A DNA stretch of 64,000 nucleotides from Camelus ferus (lineage: Eukaryota), in contig NC_045697.1 of the NCBI RefSeq assembly GCF_009834535.1, positions 47,184,001 to 47,248,000 on the forward strand. Reading direction: 5' to 3'. Of this stretch, positions 41,829-55,107 are shown piece after piece; position 1 is the first letter of the stretch; every line of letters starts with the position of its first letter. The notes below the pieces were generated by a model. The model saw nothing but the letters and a program-made list of their open reading frames with translations. It did no database searches and was not told the origin of the DNA. The position numbers were made by a program, and so were the translations under genes.

Positions 41829-42427
41829 AAAACAAAAACAAAAACAAACAAACAAAAACAAAGCGTAAATAAAGGACAGAAATAGACTCACAGACAGAGA
41901 ATACAGACTTGTGGTTACCAGGGGGGTGGAGGGTGGGAAGGGATAGACTGGGATTTCAAAATTGTAGAATAGACTACACTGTATAGCACAGGGAAATATA
42001 CACAAAATGTTATGATAACTCACAGAGAAAAAAATGTGACAATGAGTGTGTATATGTCCATGAATAACTGAAAAATTGTGCTGAACACTGGAATTTGACA
42101 CAACATTGTAAAATGATTATAAATCAATAAAAAAAGTTAAAAGAAGAAAAAAAGAGACACAAAGACCACAAATAGGCTTTATTTTTGCTTTTGCTTGTTT
42201 TGTCTTTCAAGATGATAGAAACAAACAGGTTGATATGCTGAGCAGACACAGTAGATAATAAGGAAGAAGTAGAAGATAGAAGAAAAATCAGGTAATTGAT
42301 GGAGAAGAAACAGGAGGGAAAATACAATCAGAGGGTACAGTCTCTAAAGTTGGAAGTAAAGGAGAGACAGATTATTAGAGATAGATGGGGGCAAAGGGAG
42401 TTACACTCCAGCTTATAAAAAAGCTCT

Positions 42428-42715
42428 CAGTCCTAGGGATGTAATGTGCAGCACTGAGACTATAGTTAATGTTACTGTATGCCGTCAAGAGAGTAGATAT
42501 TAAAACTTCTCATCACAAGAAAAAAAATTGTAACTATGTGTATATGAAAGTTGTCAAGAGAGTAGATATTAAAAGTTCTCATCACAAGAAAAAAAAATTG
42601 TAAATGTGGTGACAGATGTCAACTAGACTTACTGTGGTGATCATTTCACAATATAGACAAGTATGGAATCATGCTGTACATCTGAAACTAATATATGTCA
42701 GTTATATCTCAATTA
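42428..42715 (+). mobile_element. 5'-truncated L1 3' UTR (L1MA9-like) with an internal tandem duplication
   Basis: gggatgtaatgtgcagc ... ctcatcacaagaaaa ... tatatctcaatt. Probable TSD AAAAAAGCTCT / AAAAAAACTCT at 42417-42427 and 42716-42726. Confidence 0.8.
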
Positions 42716-45700
42716 AAAAAAACTCTACTTAGAAAAATACAGATACTAGATAAATGCTTCTTGATAATGATGGTGATAATCCCATAGTTTAATGAAAAAT
42801 ATTTTAAAATTTTTTTGATATAACTTTTCTTTTAACTTAACTTTTCACTTGCACATGTATAAAATATGCCAAATATATCATAGAAGTAATGTCAGTCATT
42901 TCTCATCATGTCATTTTTTAAGAAAATTGTTGTATGATGTCACATGAATTTATTTTCTGCAGACTCAGAAGTATAGTATTCCACGTTTAAGTCAAATGCA
43001 TTTGTGTTATGATCTAATAAACTAAAAATTTAAAAGAACCTGTGTCTTTCCTTTTTCTTTTGAACAAATGGAGCACATAATGGTTAAAGGAAATGCAAAA
43101 GGGCATTTGATATTATACCTCCTCAGACTCCATAACCTTGAAGTTCCCATAACCTTGAACTAGGAACAGAAGGAGTCGGGGGATAAGAATTCAGCTATTT
43201 CTCTTCTTTTCACTTCCTTTCCTCCCCAGCAGCAGGTCCTAGATATTACTATGCTAGATTCAACTGACAAAGCTGAAGTAAAGCAATTTTATGTTACTGA
43301 TTTTACAGTTCACAAATTATTTCACTAAGACTGAATCTTTCTAGACTGAGAAAACAGACTATTTCGGGGGCAGTTGCAATTTTAAACTTTTTAATGTTAA
43401 TTCTGACATCTCAAACAACTGCAGCACATGTTCTGATGGCCTTAGGAAAGAGCAAAGTGGGAAAGCCTTAACTCAAAAATGTTTGTGAATACCTCCTCCA
43501 CCTCAGACTCCTCAGGCACCCATTAATACTCCAGCTGCCTCCAGAATATTAGAAGTCCCCTAGTCCCTTAAGCCTGCTCAAGGTCCCACTCCAAGCAAAG
43601 GCCAATGCTTGACGTGCACAGGAGCTAATTAAGCAGGCCACATGTAGTGGAAAGAGTGCTAAATTAAAGTCCTGGGACTTAAATTCTGCTCTCCATAACC
43701 AACACCAACAGTGTGACTTTTGGGTTTATCCCTTACTCTACTTTCTCATAGTTAAATAAGGGAACTAAAATTGGATAATTGCTACAATTATGGGAGATTT
43801 AATGACGCACTAGCATTTCAAAAGAAAGACTGTTAGTCCAACAACACCAAAGGCAGTTAATAGACTACTTGGGATATTCTCTGAAGGAAGCTGAGAAGGT
43901 CTTAGCCTTAATTCAGATTCCTGTACACAATCCATCACCCCATTCCTATATTTAGTCTTTCAAAATGCAAAACTCAGTAGAATTGACCTCAAAATATCCA
44001 TAAAGACCCACCACAACCTTTTATACATGTAGCGTTTACTAAGAAAGACAGCCACTACTCTAAAGTGAGAACACATTTGAACCTTGATTCTGAAACAGCA
44101 GGTTCTCATGGCAGAAATTTGTGGGACATTAAAACAGTTACATCCAACTTTGAACACGATGGGTTCATATAGCACCTTGCAAACTCGCTTCCAATATTCC
44201 TTAGGGACAGGGTACTATTGGCAAAATGCCACACACAAACGCATTTTTTAAAATCCATGGATCGGCAACATTTCTTAAGTTCCCACTTCAGTGAACTGAA
44301 AAACATAAATCCTGTAACAGCTAGCTTCACTGGGTTTTTTAAAAATATATAACCATCAATTTGGATTGAGATCCTTAGAACTGTATAAATAATACTCTGC
44401 TAAAAGATGAAAAATTAACAAAGATTTAACAATCTAGGTAACCATTCACTAGGATTTGAACTAGGCTAGTTGGTAAACAAACAAAAAACCTATCTAGATC
44501 TACATTACTGCACTGCAACGCCGGTTAACTATCTTACAAACTTCTGTTATTGATCACAAAAGAGACCATTAAAAGCCTATGCACAGCTGAGCACACACAC
44601 ATCCAACTTCTGGAAAAATAACTCAAAACACATGTCCTACTGAGCATGAGTCAGTGGCATCATTTTTTTGTACACAAAGAATAGACCATTAACATTCAGT
44701 AGGAGAGATTCTGCTATGTAGGCCAGAGACTGAGAAAGTGGGTCATGGCCAGTGATGCATAATCCCACTCCCTAGAAAAACAGTCCTGACAACACTCATT
44801 AAATAAAATATTTTACTGTATCATGTGTAAGTCATTTCAGTACTAATACCTTAATGACTCCAGAATGAAAAGTAAAATTTAGACTAACCACCAACCATCT
44901 CATTTAAAAGACAATACTTAGGTATGGAAAAAAGCTCTAGCCAGCCCTAACAATGGCCCAGCCATAAAAATTTTTTAAAAGAATAAAAATTTTAAAATAA
45001 GAATTAAGGAAAATACATAAATGCAGCAATTAGGCAAGGGAAGTGGAGTCTTGGAAACCTCTCTTCCAGGGTACCAAAGAAGAAACACAAGATGTTGAGG
45101 GTGATAATGATTACTTACTAACAAAACTACATAAAGACTTTGTTTGCTACCCTCTGGTCTATTATGCTAGACTTAACAAATTCTCTGATCTATAAAAAAT
45201 TTCAGTGTTTCTCTACCTGGAAAATGAGCACCCCCAATAACATACAGACTAGTTAGAGGGGTCCCCCAAAGTAATGATCATGTGTTTCCTTCACCCAAAG
45301 CATTAAGGAGATGAGATCCCCTTCTTGTTAACCTCTCATTCTCTTAGACACTGGCTGTTGCATCACACCTTGGTACTACCAGCCACTCTAGAGAAAGTCA
45401 CAGCCACTTGACCATTTCCATACTATTACTTCCTTAAGATTAGGTACTCAGAGCACATCTGCAGCTTGCTCTCTTTGTCCCACAGAAGTGAGATTCTTAA
45501 AGATGACCCGGGTCAAGGGAGCTTCGACTAGAATATTTCTGAGAGTCATACCAAATAAGAGGAATAATGCAGTACCCACAAAACAAATATGTACTATTTG
45601 TGTAATCATAACAGAAACAGAGCAGGCTAAGAATCCAAAAATAAATTTGGTCATTTTTTTAATCCATCTATGTAATGTTATACCTACATTATTATCAAAT

Positions 45701-48700
45701 ATCTCTATCTACTTATTTTACTTTCTATAAAGGGACATACCTTAAAAAACAGGGCCAATCTGCTCCTAAATGTCAACTGAACAAATACTGTTTTGGATTT
45801 GACAAATACTGTTGTTATACAATTGATTTACAGTAAATTTTTACAGGTCTTCTGACTGCTTTTCAAGTCAAGAACTCAATCACTTACAAATGTACTGAGT
45901 ACCTATCGTAAGTACAGCACTGCAAGAGATAAAAGATGCGTGTAAGCCAAATCTTAAAGGAGCTCTTAATCTTACAGGAAACTTTTTATTAGACATTTTA
46001 TTGTACGAGAACAAAGCTATGCAAAACAAGTGCAATACGAGCAACAGTTGCTACACAGGGCATCAAGGGAAGGCTGTAATTACACTCATTTGGGTGCAAA
46101 TGGGGTTTCACGAAAAAATAAAGATTGCAAAAAAGTAACTGTATTTTAACTGCATGCTGCAAGACTCCATTTCAACAGAATTGGGGAGGCAGGTGTCTGC
46201 ATTCCAGGCAATGGTAATAATATAAATTGAAAAATAGGAATGAGAAAGTATGAGAGAAGTGCAGAAAATATCAAGTACATGTGCAGCAATAATACACACC
46301 TAACTAAGGTTACCATGAGAGATGAAGGCTAGAGAGGGGCTTGGAGTCACATTACAGAGGACCTTGAATCCCAGAGGAATGAGTTTGTACTTCAGAAGTC
46401 CACTTTAGGAAGAATAAATTGGAGGGAATACAAAAGCAGATTTCATGAATAAAGAGCCTGAGAGGAAAAGTCCACATGAGAACATAATTCTCTAAGAAGT
46501 AATAGGGACCCAAACTACACCTGACAGCACTAGAAACAAAAAGTAACTAATTCCTCACACATGTCATGGTTAAACTTTCTATCCATAAACTCAGTCAGAG
46601 AAAGTTTACCATAACCCTTCCTCACATATTCTTTACAAATAAAAATGTAAAAAATGACAACATTTACTTCCAGATACCCTCCTAAATACATATATTACCA
46701 ATGAGTCACTTGGAGAATGAACCCAAATTATTAAAATGCCAAAAACAGCAACTAAGGTGGCACATCCTTTGAAACAAACAGCACTCTGAAATGCCACACA
46801 ATTTTATTTGATCTCCTATCTCAAGGATACCACATAAGGCAACTTCTTAGAAAAGGCATTTTCCCAATGATTAAGAAACAATTTTATACCATGGGATAAA
46901 AAATAAATTGCTCTCCTATGTTGAAGTTTGCCAAAGAACTCAAATGCATGATAATCAAACAATCTTTTCACTATGGTCTCAATCCTAAAATTGTTCATCA
47001 TTACCCCTCCTTTCCCATGCTCCTCTCTTATCAGCTGGAGAAGTAAGAATCAGTTACACAGACAGAATCAGAGAATGCTAAAATCGGAAAAAGATGTTAC
47101 AGATTCATCTTTACCCACTTCATTTTTTTTCTTGAGGAAACTGAGGTCAAATGTCATAAAGTGAGTTAGTGGCATTAATTGGGATTAGCAGCTAGTCCAA
47201 TTTCCTTGTTTTTTTGTTTGTTTTTTTTTAATAGTTGCCTCCAAGAAGGCATCATTTCAAAACTTAATAAAATGTTAAAATAGGAAAACTAGTAGCAAGA
47301 ATTGTTTCACATTTTAAAATAATATCCATTGCAAAATGCCTCTCCTAAACGCTACATCCAAACTATGCTCTTAGTGTTATTGGAATTCTACAAGACTAGG
47401 ACAAACCCAAAATTCCAAAAACAAAGTCCCTCTGTGGAAAGGCCCAACAACCACTTTCCTGCAGAAAGACTCGAAACTTAGCAGAAATGTGCTGACTGAT
47501 GTCATTTGTAAAGATGATACACACAGAGAATCTCCAAATTAACTAAGTGCCCAACTATTTAAAACAGCTCAGTCATTAACCACTCAACTTCCCAACTCAG
47601 TCCCCTAAAAATAGTGGCTTGTGGGTACATGAATGGTTCACCAGATGGATGCAGAATAAAAGCAAGGAATGAGCAGTCTCAAGCCCTTGCATATGAAACC
47701 TTATGCAGCTTTGAAATTGCCATTCAGACTCAATTTCAAAATTCCACATCAAGGCTTTAATCATTTTGATAGCTACCAAATGTTTTCTAAAAAATGTATA
47801 CGCTCTAGTTTAAGTTTTGACAAAAAAAAAAAAAAACCACAGGAGGGAAGGGGTGAAAGAGAAACCCAGATAATATACAAGATCAGTAAAGAACGTCAAA
47901 GATCAGGAATCCATGTAAGGATGGACATCAATTCTGCCTTCTATCTTCCTTAATACTAACAACATCAATTTTCTGTTTTTCCCTCCTGTGGAACCCATAA
48001 TGGAAAGCCACTAAAAAACATTAATTTATTTCCATTATTTTTTAATGACCAAAGACAACCTCTCCAATTGGCTCAGCATGAAAATGTCAGCCCTAACCAC
48101 ACAAAGTTGACTACAGCTAAAAGCAAAGCAATTTGACATATTAGTGCAATTTAGCACCTTTACTGGAGATAAATGTATAGTTTCCATTACATATTTTTGA
48201 AATATTCAAAACTGGGAATTGTTTTACTATTAATATTTTGTCCTTGAATAAAACTGCCATCTCTAGAGAAAGTGTATCAGCAGACAATCAAAATTACATC
48301 CTAGGAGCTATCCCTACAATGATAACATAAACAACCCAAAAGAGAAGTTATGTGTTAATTAGATTCTACATAATATCCTCTGCTGTAAATTACTTTCATA
48401 TTATTGTAAAAGCATATGCTTATATCAAGATCAAACTTCTGTAAGCCTGATTGAAATTTTAAAATGATATGTGGCTGTCATATAATAATTACCTAATCAA
48501 AACAATTACGATATTTTACAAACATAAATGTGATACTGAATTCAGGATAAATGTAATACCTAATATAAAAGCCAGTTACCATAAGGCCAGAGTCAGATTT
48601 CACTGAAAGCTTATAACCAAATCTGAACTTAATACTGACCCATATTTACTGAGAGATTTGGCATGCACTGTTAGGTACTGTCACACGTTATCTTGTTAAT

Positions 48701-49824
48701 ATCACACATTATTCATCTTCATAATAGATAATAACTCCGTGTTATAGAAAAGGAAACAATGTTTCCTGATAGTTTAATTCAACCATAACAAAAAATTGCT
48801 AGACAGGAATTAAGGATACAGAGATAAACAAGACTGTGCTGAAAAAGTTCATCATCCAAAAAGGCTTTCAAAATCAACTGTAGAATAGAAAACAATTTCA
48901 GAATTGCATGTAAAAATACTTTTCATTTAACTCGGCCACCCTTGCTAAATAAAGAAAAATATAATGCCAATAGAGAAAGAAAACTTAAGGGGGCAGCCAC
49001 GTTATTCTTTCTTTGCTGTTTCAAGGAAGCTAACTGAAATGGCACTTCGCCTTCAACAAACTTTTGTCTTCAAACTTTGTGTTCACCAAAGTACAAATCA
49101 ATGTCTCCAGGCCCCCGCAGAAGACCTCTGAGGGGAAAAGAATTAAAGAACCCTCCATTGGTGCTTCTTAATTTGCTAATTAGTTCTTGAATTCTATTAA
49201 AGTATTCTCTGCCTTAAAAGAAAAAAAAAAGATTCAAAAATCATTTCCTTCGAAAAATGCTGAATGTCCGTGATATGTGAGGCAATTTTTGTGACACAAA
49301 AAGCAATTAAGACAGAGTCCTTCTAGCCTCAAGAATTTTACTATCTGCTAGAGGCGTTGAGACAGGAACAATAATTAATCACCTTAGCGTTTCCAAGTGC
49401 TTGCATAACTGTATCTCAAGACAAAAGATTAAAGGTGATAAGGGGGTAAAAAGCAAATAGCTACAAATGTCCACAGGAAGAAGGGAGTGATGTAAACAGC
49501 AGTTAGGAAGCTAGAATCAGACAGGCAAAGGCAGAGTGAGAGGCAAACACAAGGCTCAGTCACAGAACAAGGAGGAGAGAAGCACACTGTGGATGGAGCC
49601 AAGAGTATTCTCAGGAAACAACTACAGCAAAGATTTAGAAGGTAGGTTAAGGATCCTAAAAAATGGATCAAGTAAGATGACTTCTCAGCGACTGTTTGCT
49701 CCTTCCCCTTCATGCCTGAGTCTCCAGGCATCAGATTTTCCTGGTATTCCTTATGACTCTCCGGCAGCTCCCTTTGAGTCTCTGCCTACTCTAAATCACC
49801 AGTTCTCAAGGTATCGTTCCTGAA

Positions 49825-50010
49825 CCAGTAGTGTGTGCATTGATGAGCAAGCTGGCAGACATGCAAATTATGGGCTCCGCCCAGACATACAAAATCAACT
49901 TTGGAGGTTGGGCTCAGCAATCTGTGTTTTACCAAGCCCCAGCAATCTGTGGTTTACCACAGCCTCCAATAAATGATTCTGATGAACTCTAATGTTTGAG
50001 ATCAATGTTC
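49825..50010. mobile_element. MER5A-like hAT fossil (similar pieces at about 6281-6575 and 32180-32305)
   Basis: atgcaaattatgggctccgcccagac ... cagcaatctgtgttttaccaagccc ... tgattctgatg ... gtttgaga. Confidence 0.65.
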
Positions 50011-50029
50011 CCAGGAGTCATTCATGAGC

Positions 50030-51065
50030 GCCTTATCATTCTCATTCAACACTCTCTCCCTATATTCAACCCCTCCCAAGGATGAAAATAACAGCCAAAT
50101 GCTCACTGATCAGAAATACCTGACCTCTAAAGGTACCCAAACACCTTTGCTGAGCTCCACACCATCTATTAAACTTCCCACTTGACATTTATTTCCTCCC
50201 AGTTACCTCAGCTAAACAGGTCTGGAATTACAGGATATCCTCCCAACCCACCCCCTCAAAAATGTGTTCCTTCTTTACTCTTCCCCATCTCAGTAAATGG
50301 CACCACCATCCAAGAGTTGCATAAGGAAGTCATTCTTCACACTTCCTACAACACTCCCTTTCCTATCCAGTTCACCAACAGGTCTCCTCATTTAAGCATG
50401 AATAACACTGGTCTCCATCCCCACAGCCACCATCCTTAACTAATCACCTAATCTGTATGCCTGTCAGTCTCGAGCAACACCATGACCTGACGAAAATATA
50501 AATCAGAGCATGTTACAGCCCTAATTTAAATCCTTCAGTAGCTTCCTGCTGCACTTTCAGATAAAAATCTAAAATCCCCAACATGGCATACAAAGCCTGG
50601 GATCCCGATCATCTCCCCAAAATCATCTTGAGTCCTGCTTCCATGGGATTCACTCACTATAGCCCATAGCTATGGACAGACTTCAGTTCCTGAAATTCTC
50701 CCCTACACAGGAACTTACCTCTTCATGACATACTTCACACCACCCCATTTTCACACCTCTGCCTTTACTGAACTTTTCTCATACTTTAGATCCCTATTAA
50801 AATGTCCAAAAAAATACTTCATCTTCCAATATAAAACAAAATCAGTTATCCTCTCATAAAACCCTGTGCTTTAGTTTCATGACAATTATCAAAATTGTTA
50901 ACTATATTAACCTGATTATTCTTGTTTGTTTAATATTTATCTTCTACATGAGACTGTGAGTTCTATGAGGTCAGAGAAATATGTTTGTTTTCCACTGTAT
51001 ATATATAGCACCTAGTACAGAGCCAGGCATAAAAAAAAGGCATTTAATAAATAGTTATGGAATAG
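50030..51065 (+). mobile_element. LINE-2 relic
   Basis: ttccccatctcagtaaatggcaccaccatcca ... gactgtgagttctatgaggtcagag ... agcacctagtacagagccaggcata. Confidence 0.7.
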
Positions 51066-51478
51066 TAACAGTTGTCAATATCTTTGTCAAATCCTCCACT
51101 TCTGCTCACTCTAATTTCTCGGGAACTTTAGCTTATAAGTTACTGGGTTGCCACAGATAATTTCTGCAAATGAGATACCGTGTTTAAATAACCCATGTTC
51201 CTACTGATTTATATTGCAAGCTCAGATGTACTTTACTACCTCCCTATAAAATTAACAATGAGAATTAACTAACTCTTAGCATAAATTCACCCTACTCTAA
51301 GCAGTTAACTCTGAGCTACTGAGCAACTTGTACAGAACTCTGCAGCTAATTCCTGGCCTCCAATTACTGACAATGCCTACAACCCCTACGTCCATGTCAG
51401 AAAGTCCTAGCGACCCATTCATATTCAAAATACCATTCCTATCCAGCGCCATCATTTCATGATTAGATTATATCAACA

Positions 51479-51539
51479 CACTGTGCTGTGTGCCAGAAAT
51501 TGACACATTGTAACTGAGTACTTCAATTAAAAATAAAAA
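51479..51539 (+). mobile_element. Extremely truncated L1 3' end (61 bp)
   Basis: ctgtgctgtgtgccagaaattgacacattgtaact...A tail. 14 bp TSD AGATTAT(A/G)TCAACA at 51465-51478 and 51540-51553. Confidence 0.8.
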
Positions 51540-52141
51540 AGATTATGTCAACAAATTATGGATAGTGTCCCAGTCTCTATGCTCCCCATTTAAGTTCATT
51601 TTTCACCAGACACTTAGGGGCAAAAGTCTACTCAAGAGCCCACTCTTCCCATCATCAATCAATATTAAATTCCCGTGACTAGCACTGAAGGCCTACGGAT
51701 GTATGTGATCCAAAAACCAGTCCTTTGCTTTAACTTGGAAGGTTACATTGAATTATATGTGCTTGACAAACTGACACTGTTTCAAGCTAAAATTTACATA
51801 TAGCTCTACCTCAATTCTACAACCCAAAGCTGGATTTGCACTCCTGAAACTGGACTGTTTTTGAGGAGAACTATGAAAACACCCCACTGATATATCAGTC
51901 CTTTAAACTTTGAGCAGGAACTAAGAAGGTGCAAGTTGTCAGCATTTTCAAATATATAAATACTTAACTAGAAAGAGATTATGACACAAAGCATACAATA
52001 TTTCAGAGAGGAAACTATTCCAACAGTTTAGTTATAACATACGGTTTTTTAAAAATTAAATATATATAATTTACATACATACATGTGCATGTATATATAT
52101 ACACATATACATACATACCTATACCTGTATGTACACACACA

Positions 52142-52780
52142 CAGTGGATCCTCATTATGTGGGGAGTTATTTGTAAATCTGCTTACTTGCTAAAATTTAT
52201 TTGTATCCCCGAAAGCAATACAATATCCCCAAATCAATACAATGGCATTTTTACAGTCATTTACAGACATGTGCATAGTGATGAAAATTTTGAGGAGGCC
52301 AGCTGGGATCAATGAGGTATTGCTCTGCCTTCTTGTTTCAGCTCTCATCCTGTAAGCAAGCACCCATTTCAAGGTCTATGTAGTGTTACGTTTTTCTCAT
52401 TTTTGTGGTTTTTATTGGTGATTTTGTTGTTTAAAATGCTCCCCAAGGATACTGCCCAAGTGTTGTCTATGTAGTGTTTCTAAGCACAAGAAGGCTACAA
52501 TTTTTCCTTTACAGAGGAAATACGTGTATTAGATAAGCTTCATTTAGGCAAGAGTTACAGTACTACTGGCCATGAGTTCAGTGTTAATGAGTCAACAATA
52601 TATATTAAACAAGGCGTCTATAAACAGAAACACACATAAAACAAGGTACCTTATTGACTGGTTGACAAAAATGTTGTGAAAAGAGGCTTGCTGTATCCTA
52701 ACACTGTATTTCCCCTAAGAGAAATGACTCAGTATTTGCTAAATCACCGTTCACTACTGGGAATAATGAGAATCAAATAC
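52142..52780 (-). mobile_element. MER82-like (Tigger) DNA transposon
   Basis: CAGTGGATCCTCATTAT ... AATAATGAGAATCAA inverted ends. Internal gctctgccttcttgtttcagctctcat and aaacagaaacacacataaaacaagg. Confidence 0.75.
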
Positions 52781-55107
52781 GTATATGGAGGTGTGGGGAG
52801 ACAGCACTCACACCAGGTTTACTGAAGACTCAAAGACACTGCAGAGGTCATCCTGGGCAAGCTGCCTGTGTTTGCAGTAGCATGGAGAAAACACCTCAGA
52901 ACATAGCATCTACAGAGCCTCGGCTCTAGTTAAACAACGCAGACATAAAGCAAAAATGTAAAATCTACTAAGTTTGTTTTTTGATCTGGCTTTGCTTCTA
53001 CTCCTTTTGCTACACCCTCTCCCCAGTTCAGGAAATCTGAACTTTAGTATTTTTTTCAGAAGCATTTGCTCTAATCTTACAATCGGGCAAATGTATCTGT
53101 AAATTACTGAATGACTTCTTGAATGTAAACTATACTTGTGCTTAAACATCTTGTCTAAACTGTGACATTACTCATCTGGAAAGAAGAGGGGATATTAAGC
53201 ACCTAAAATAACAATATGTCAAGATCAAAAAGTAAACTGAATATAGTTAATTCCGATTGTGTGCATGCTGAAGAGAAGACACACACAAGTGAACAAAGCG
53301 AGGCTCAGGCTTCCCAGGGAAGTTTAAAGCCTAGTTCCAGGATCTGGGGTGTTGGGTGGGGAAGTACCATCTTCCAAAAGGGTTTGTTCAACCTTCCTCT
53401 TAACACTTGATTATGGATTTTTCCAAGAGAAATGACAAATTTATGGCACAAGTCAGTGGAACACTCTAACAGTGACATGAGTGACTGAATGAAAATTTTT
53501 GAGTGAGCGCTCCCCTTTTGAAATTCATTTTTATTTTCATTTTCCAAAATTATTTTCTATTACAAATTGTGTGCTTAAGGTAATAATAGGACATGCTTGG
53601 TCCTATTAGCAGTTGTAGAAATCCAAACCCAAAGTCTAGACTGATGAAATGTCAATGATTTCCTTCTATTAAATAAAAGGCCCGTCAGGGATTTAGTGAA
53701 ATGAACTGAGTCTAATATTACTCAAGCCACACTTCAACTAGTTACTACAACAACTCAAAGACAGAAGTACAGCATGTGCGTTAATAGCCACATCTTCTTA
53801 AAACTTACTACTCAATCTAAACCAACACTTGAAACTCATGTAATAATAAAGAGCTAGGAAATTTTACAGCATAGTAAATCTGTCTATCAACACCAATTAC
53901 CATACATTCATTGTTTGAAAAGCTAAGGATCCTCCTTCCACCTCTCTTAAGGTTCAGCTAGGTTCATTATTAGGGGCAATGGCCGGCAAAACAAAGACAT
54001 TCGTCCCTGAATAATTCAAGATTTCTTTCTCTTTAGAATACTTCATAGACAAGAACATTCAGGATTTTCTCTTGTACTAATCTGCTATTGTTTATGGCAT
54101 TTCAAAAAACACAAGCGGACTCTCAGTCTACTGTCTTCAAACCAAATCAACAGCTGACTCTCAGAGAACCAAAACTACTGTCTTCGCACTTAAAAGGGCT
54201 CCTTATTTCTTATGACTTTTTCAAAGTATTTACTTTGTAACACCATTCTGCAATTAAAAACTCAAAAGTCAATGAAGTATGCAATAAAACAAGAGAGCAT
54301 CTCCTACAAGCCAATTATACAAGAAATACAAAATTCAAGTGGAGGATTTTTTTTAATGGAGTAAACTTTTTTGAAGCAGACTTGCAACTGCTGACATAGC
54401 CTGGTAAAGATAATGAAGGACTGAGCACAAAACTTCCCAAAAGAAAGTTAACCCGCTTTCCTAGCGCCTCTTAAAGTACTATCAAAGCGACATACTGAAG
54501 GGGTATGACTAGCACCTTGTCTTTTAGAGAAGATTCTAAATAACAAAGGTAAGTGGATTTCAAGTTCACCTACCCCCCCCCCAAGCAACCTGCTAACTGA
54601 ATCTGGGGCAAAGTATCACCTCCATCAGGCGCGCACACAGAAATAAATTGTTTTTCAAACTGATGAGTGTGCAAGAGCAAACCCCGGGTTAACACCAAGG
54701 GTCGCAGGGTCCCGTGCCCTGCGGAGCGGGTGGGGAGGCCAACGAATGACACCCGCCTGAGCCACCGCTGGGAGAGAAGAGCCCCAATCGTGCTCGATCT
54801 GACCCTCTCATGAGTCACTTGTCCAAGCCTGACACCACAGCACTCGCTAAGACGTTTTCTATGTATTTCCTTGCATCAAGAGGGGCTGAAAATGACTTAA
54901 ACTAGTAAGGAAAGAATTGTGCACCGGAGCTGCCAGCGGCGAGAAAAGCCGGCTTAAGAGCCCCCGCTGGCTGGGCGGAGCAGGCAGAAGGGGGAAGAAG
55001 AGTTAGCCTAGAGGGCGAGGAGAGAAGCGGGTGAGAACCGGGAGAAGCTACCACCACACCCCAGCCCTCCCTCACCTGCCTGCCCGAGCCTCCCCGGGCG
55101 CCCGTAC

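Larger units (their letters stand above)
35041..42144 (+). mobile_element. Full-length young LINE-1 (7.1 kb), antisense to BMP2K
   Basis: CpG-rich 5' UTR starting with a YY1-type AAGATGGCG (35052-35060), then ORF1, a 403 bp spacer, ORF2 (EN, RT, C-terminal CCHC), 3' UTR, AATAAA (42126-42131) and a short A tail. Perfect 17 bp TSD AGAAAAAAAGAGACACA at 35024-35040 and 42145-42161. Confidence 0.97.

Noticed and set aside
36830..42101. Hydrophobic minus-strand ORFs (up to 239 aa) across the young L1
   Set aside because: They are antisense shadows of A-rich L1 ORF1/ORF2, with no independent domain signal.
13420..42715. Idea that the old L1 ending near 13430 and the 3' UTR piece at 42428 are halves of one split element
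   Set aside because: The 42428 piece has its own probable TSD, and 29 kb containing older L2/MIR fossils lies between them.
43130..49959. Short tandem duplications (13 bp at 43130/43147; 20 bp at 49915/49940) and scattered TGAGTCA AP-1 motifs
   Set aside because: These are ordinary slippage products and short motifs at background frequency, with no clustering I can support.
54902..55107. ORF-track extension of exon 1 (…TGARGGSGRQV…FFPY)
   Set aside because: It is read-through into intron 1. Kinase homology continues at exon 2 through the 55107 donor.
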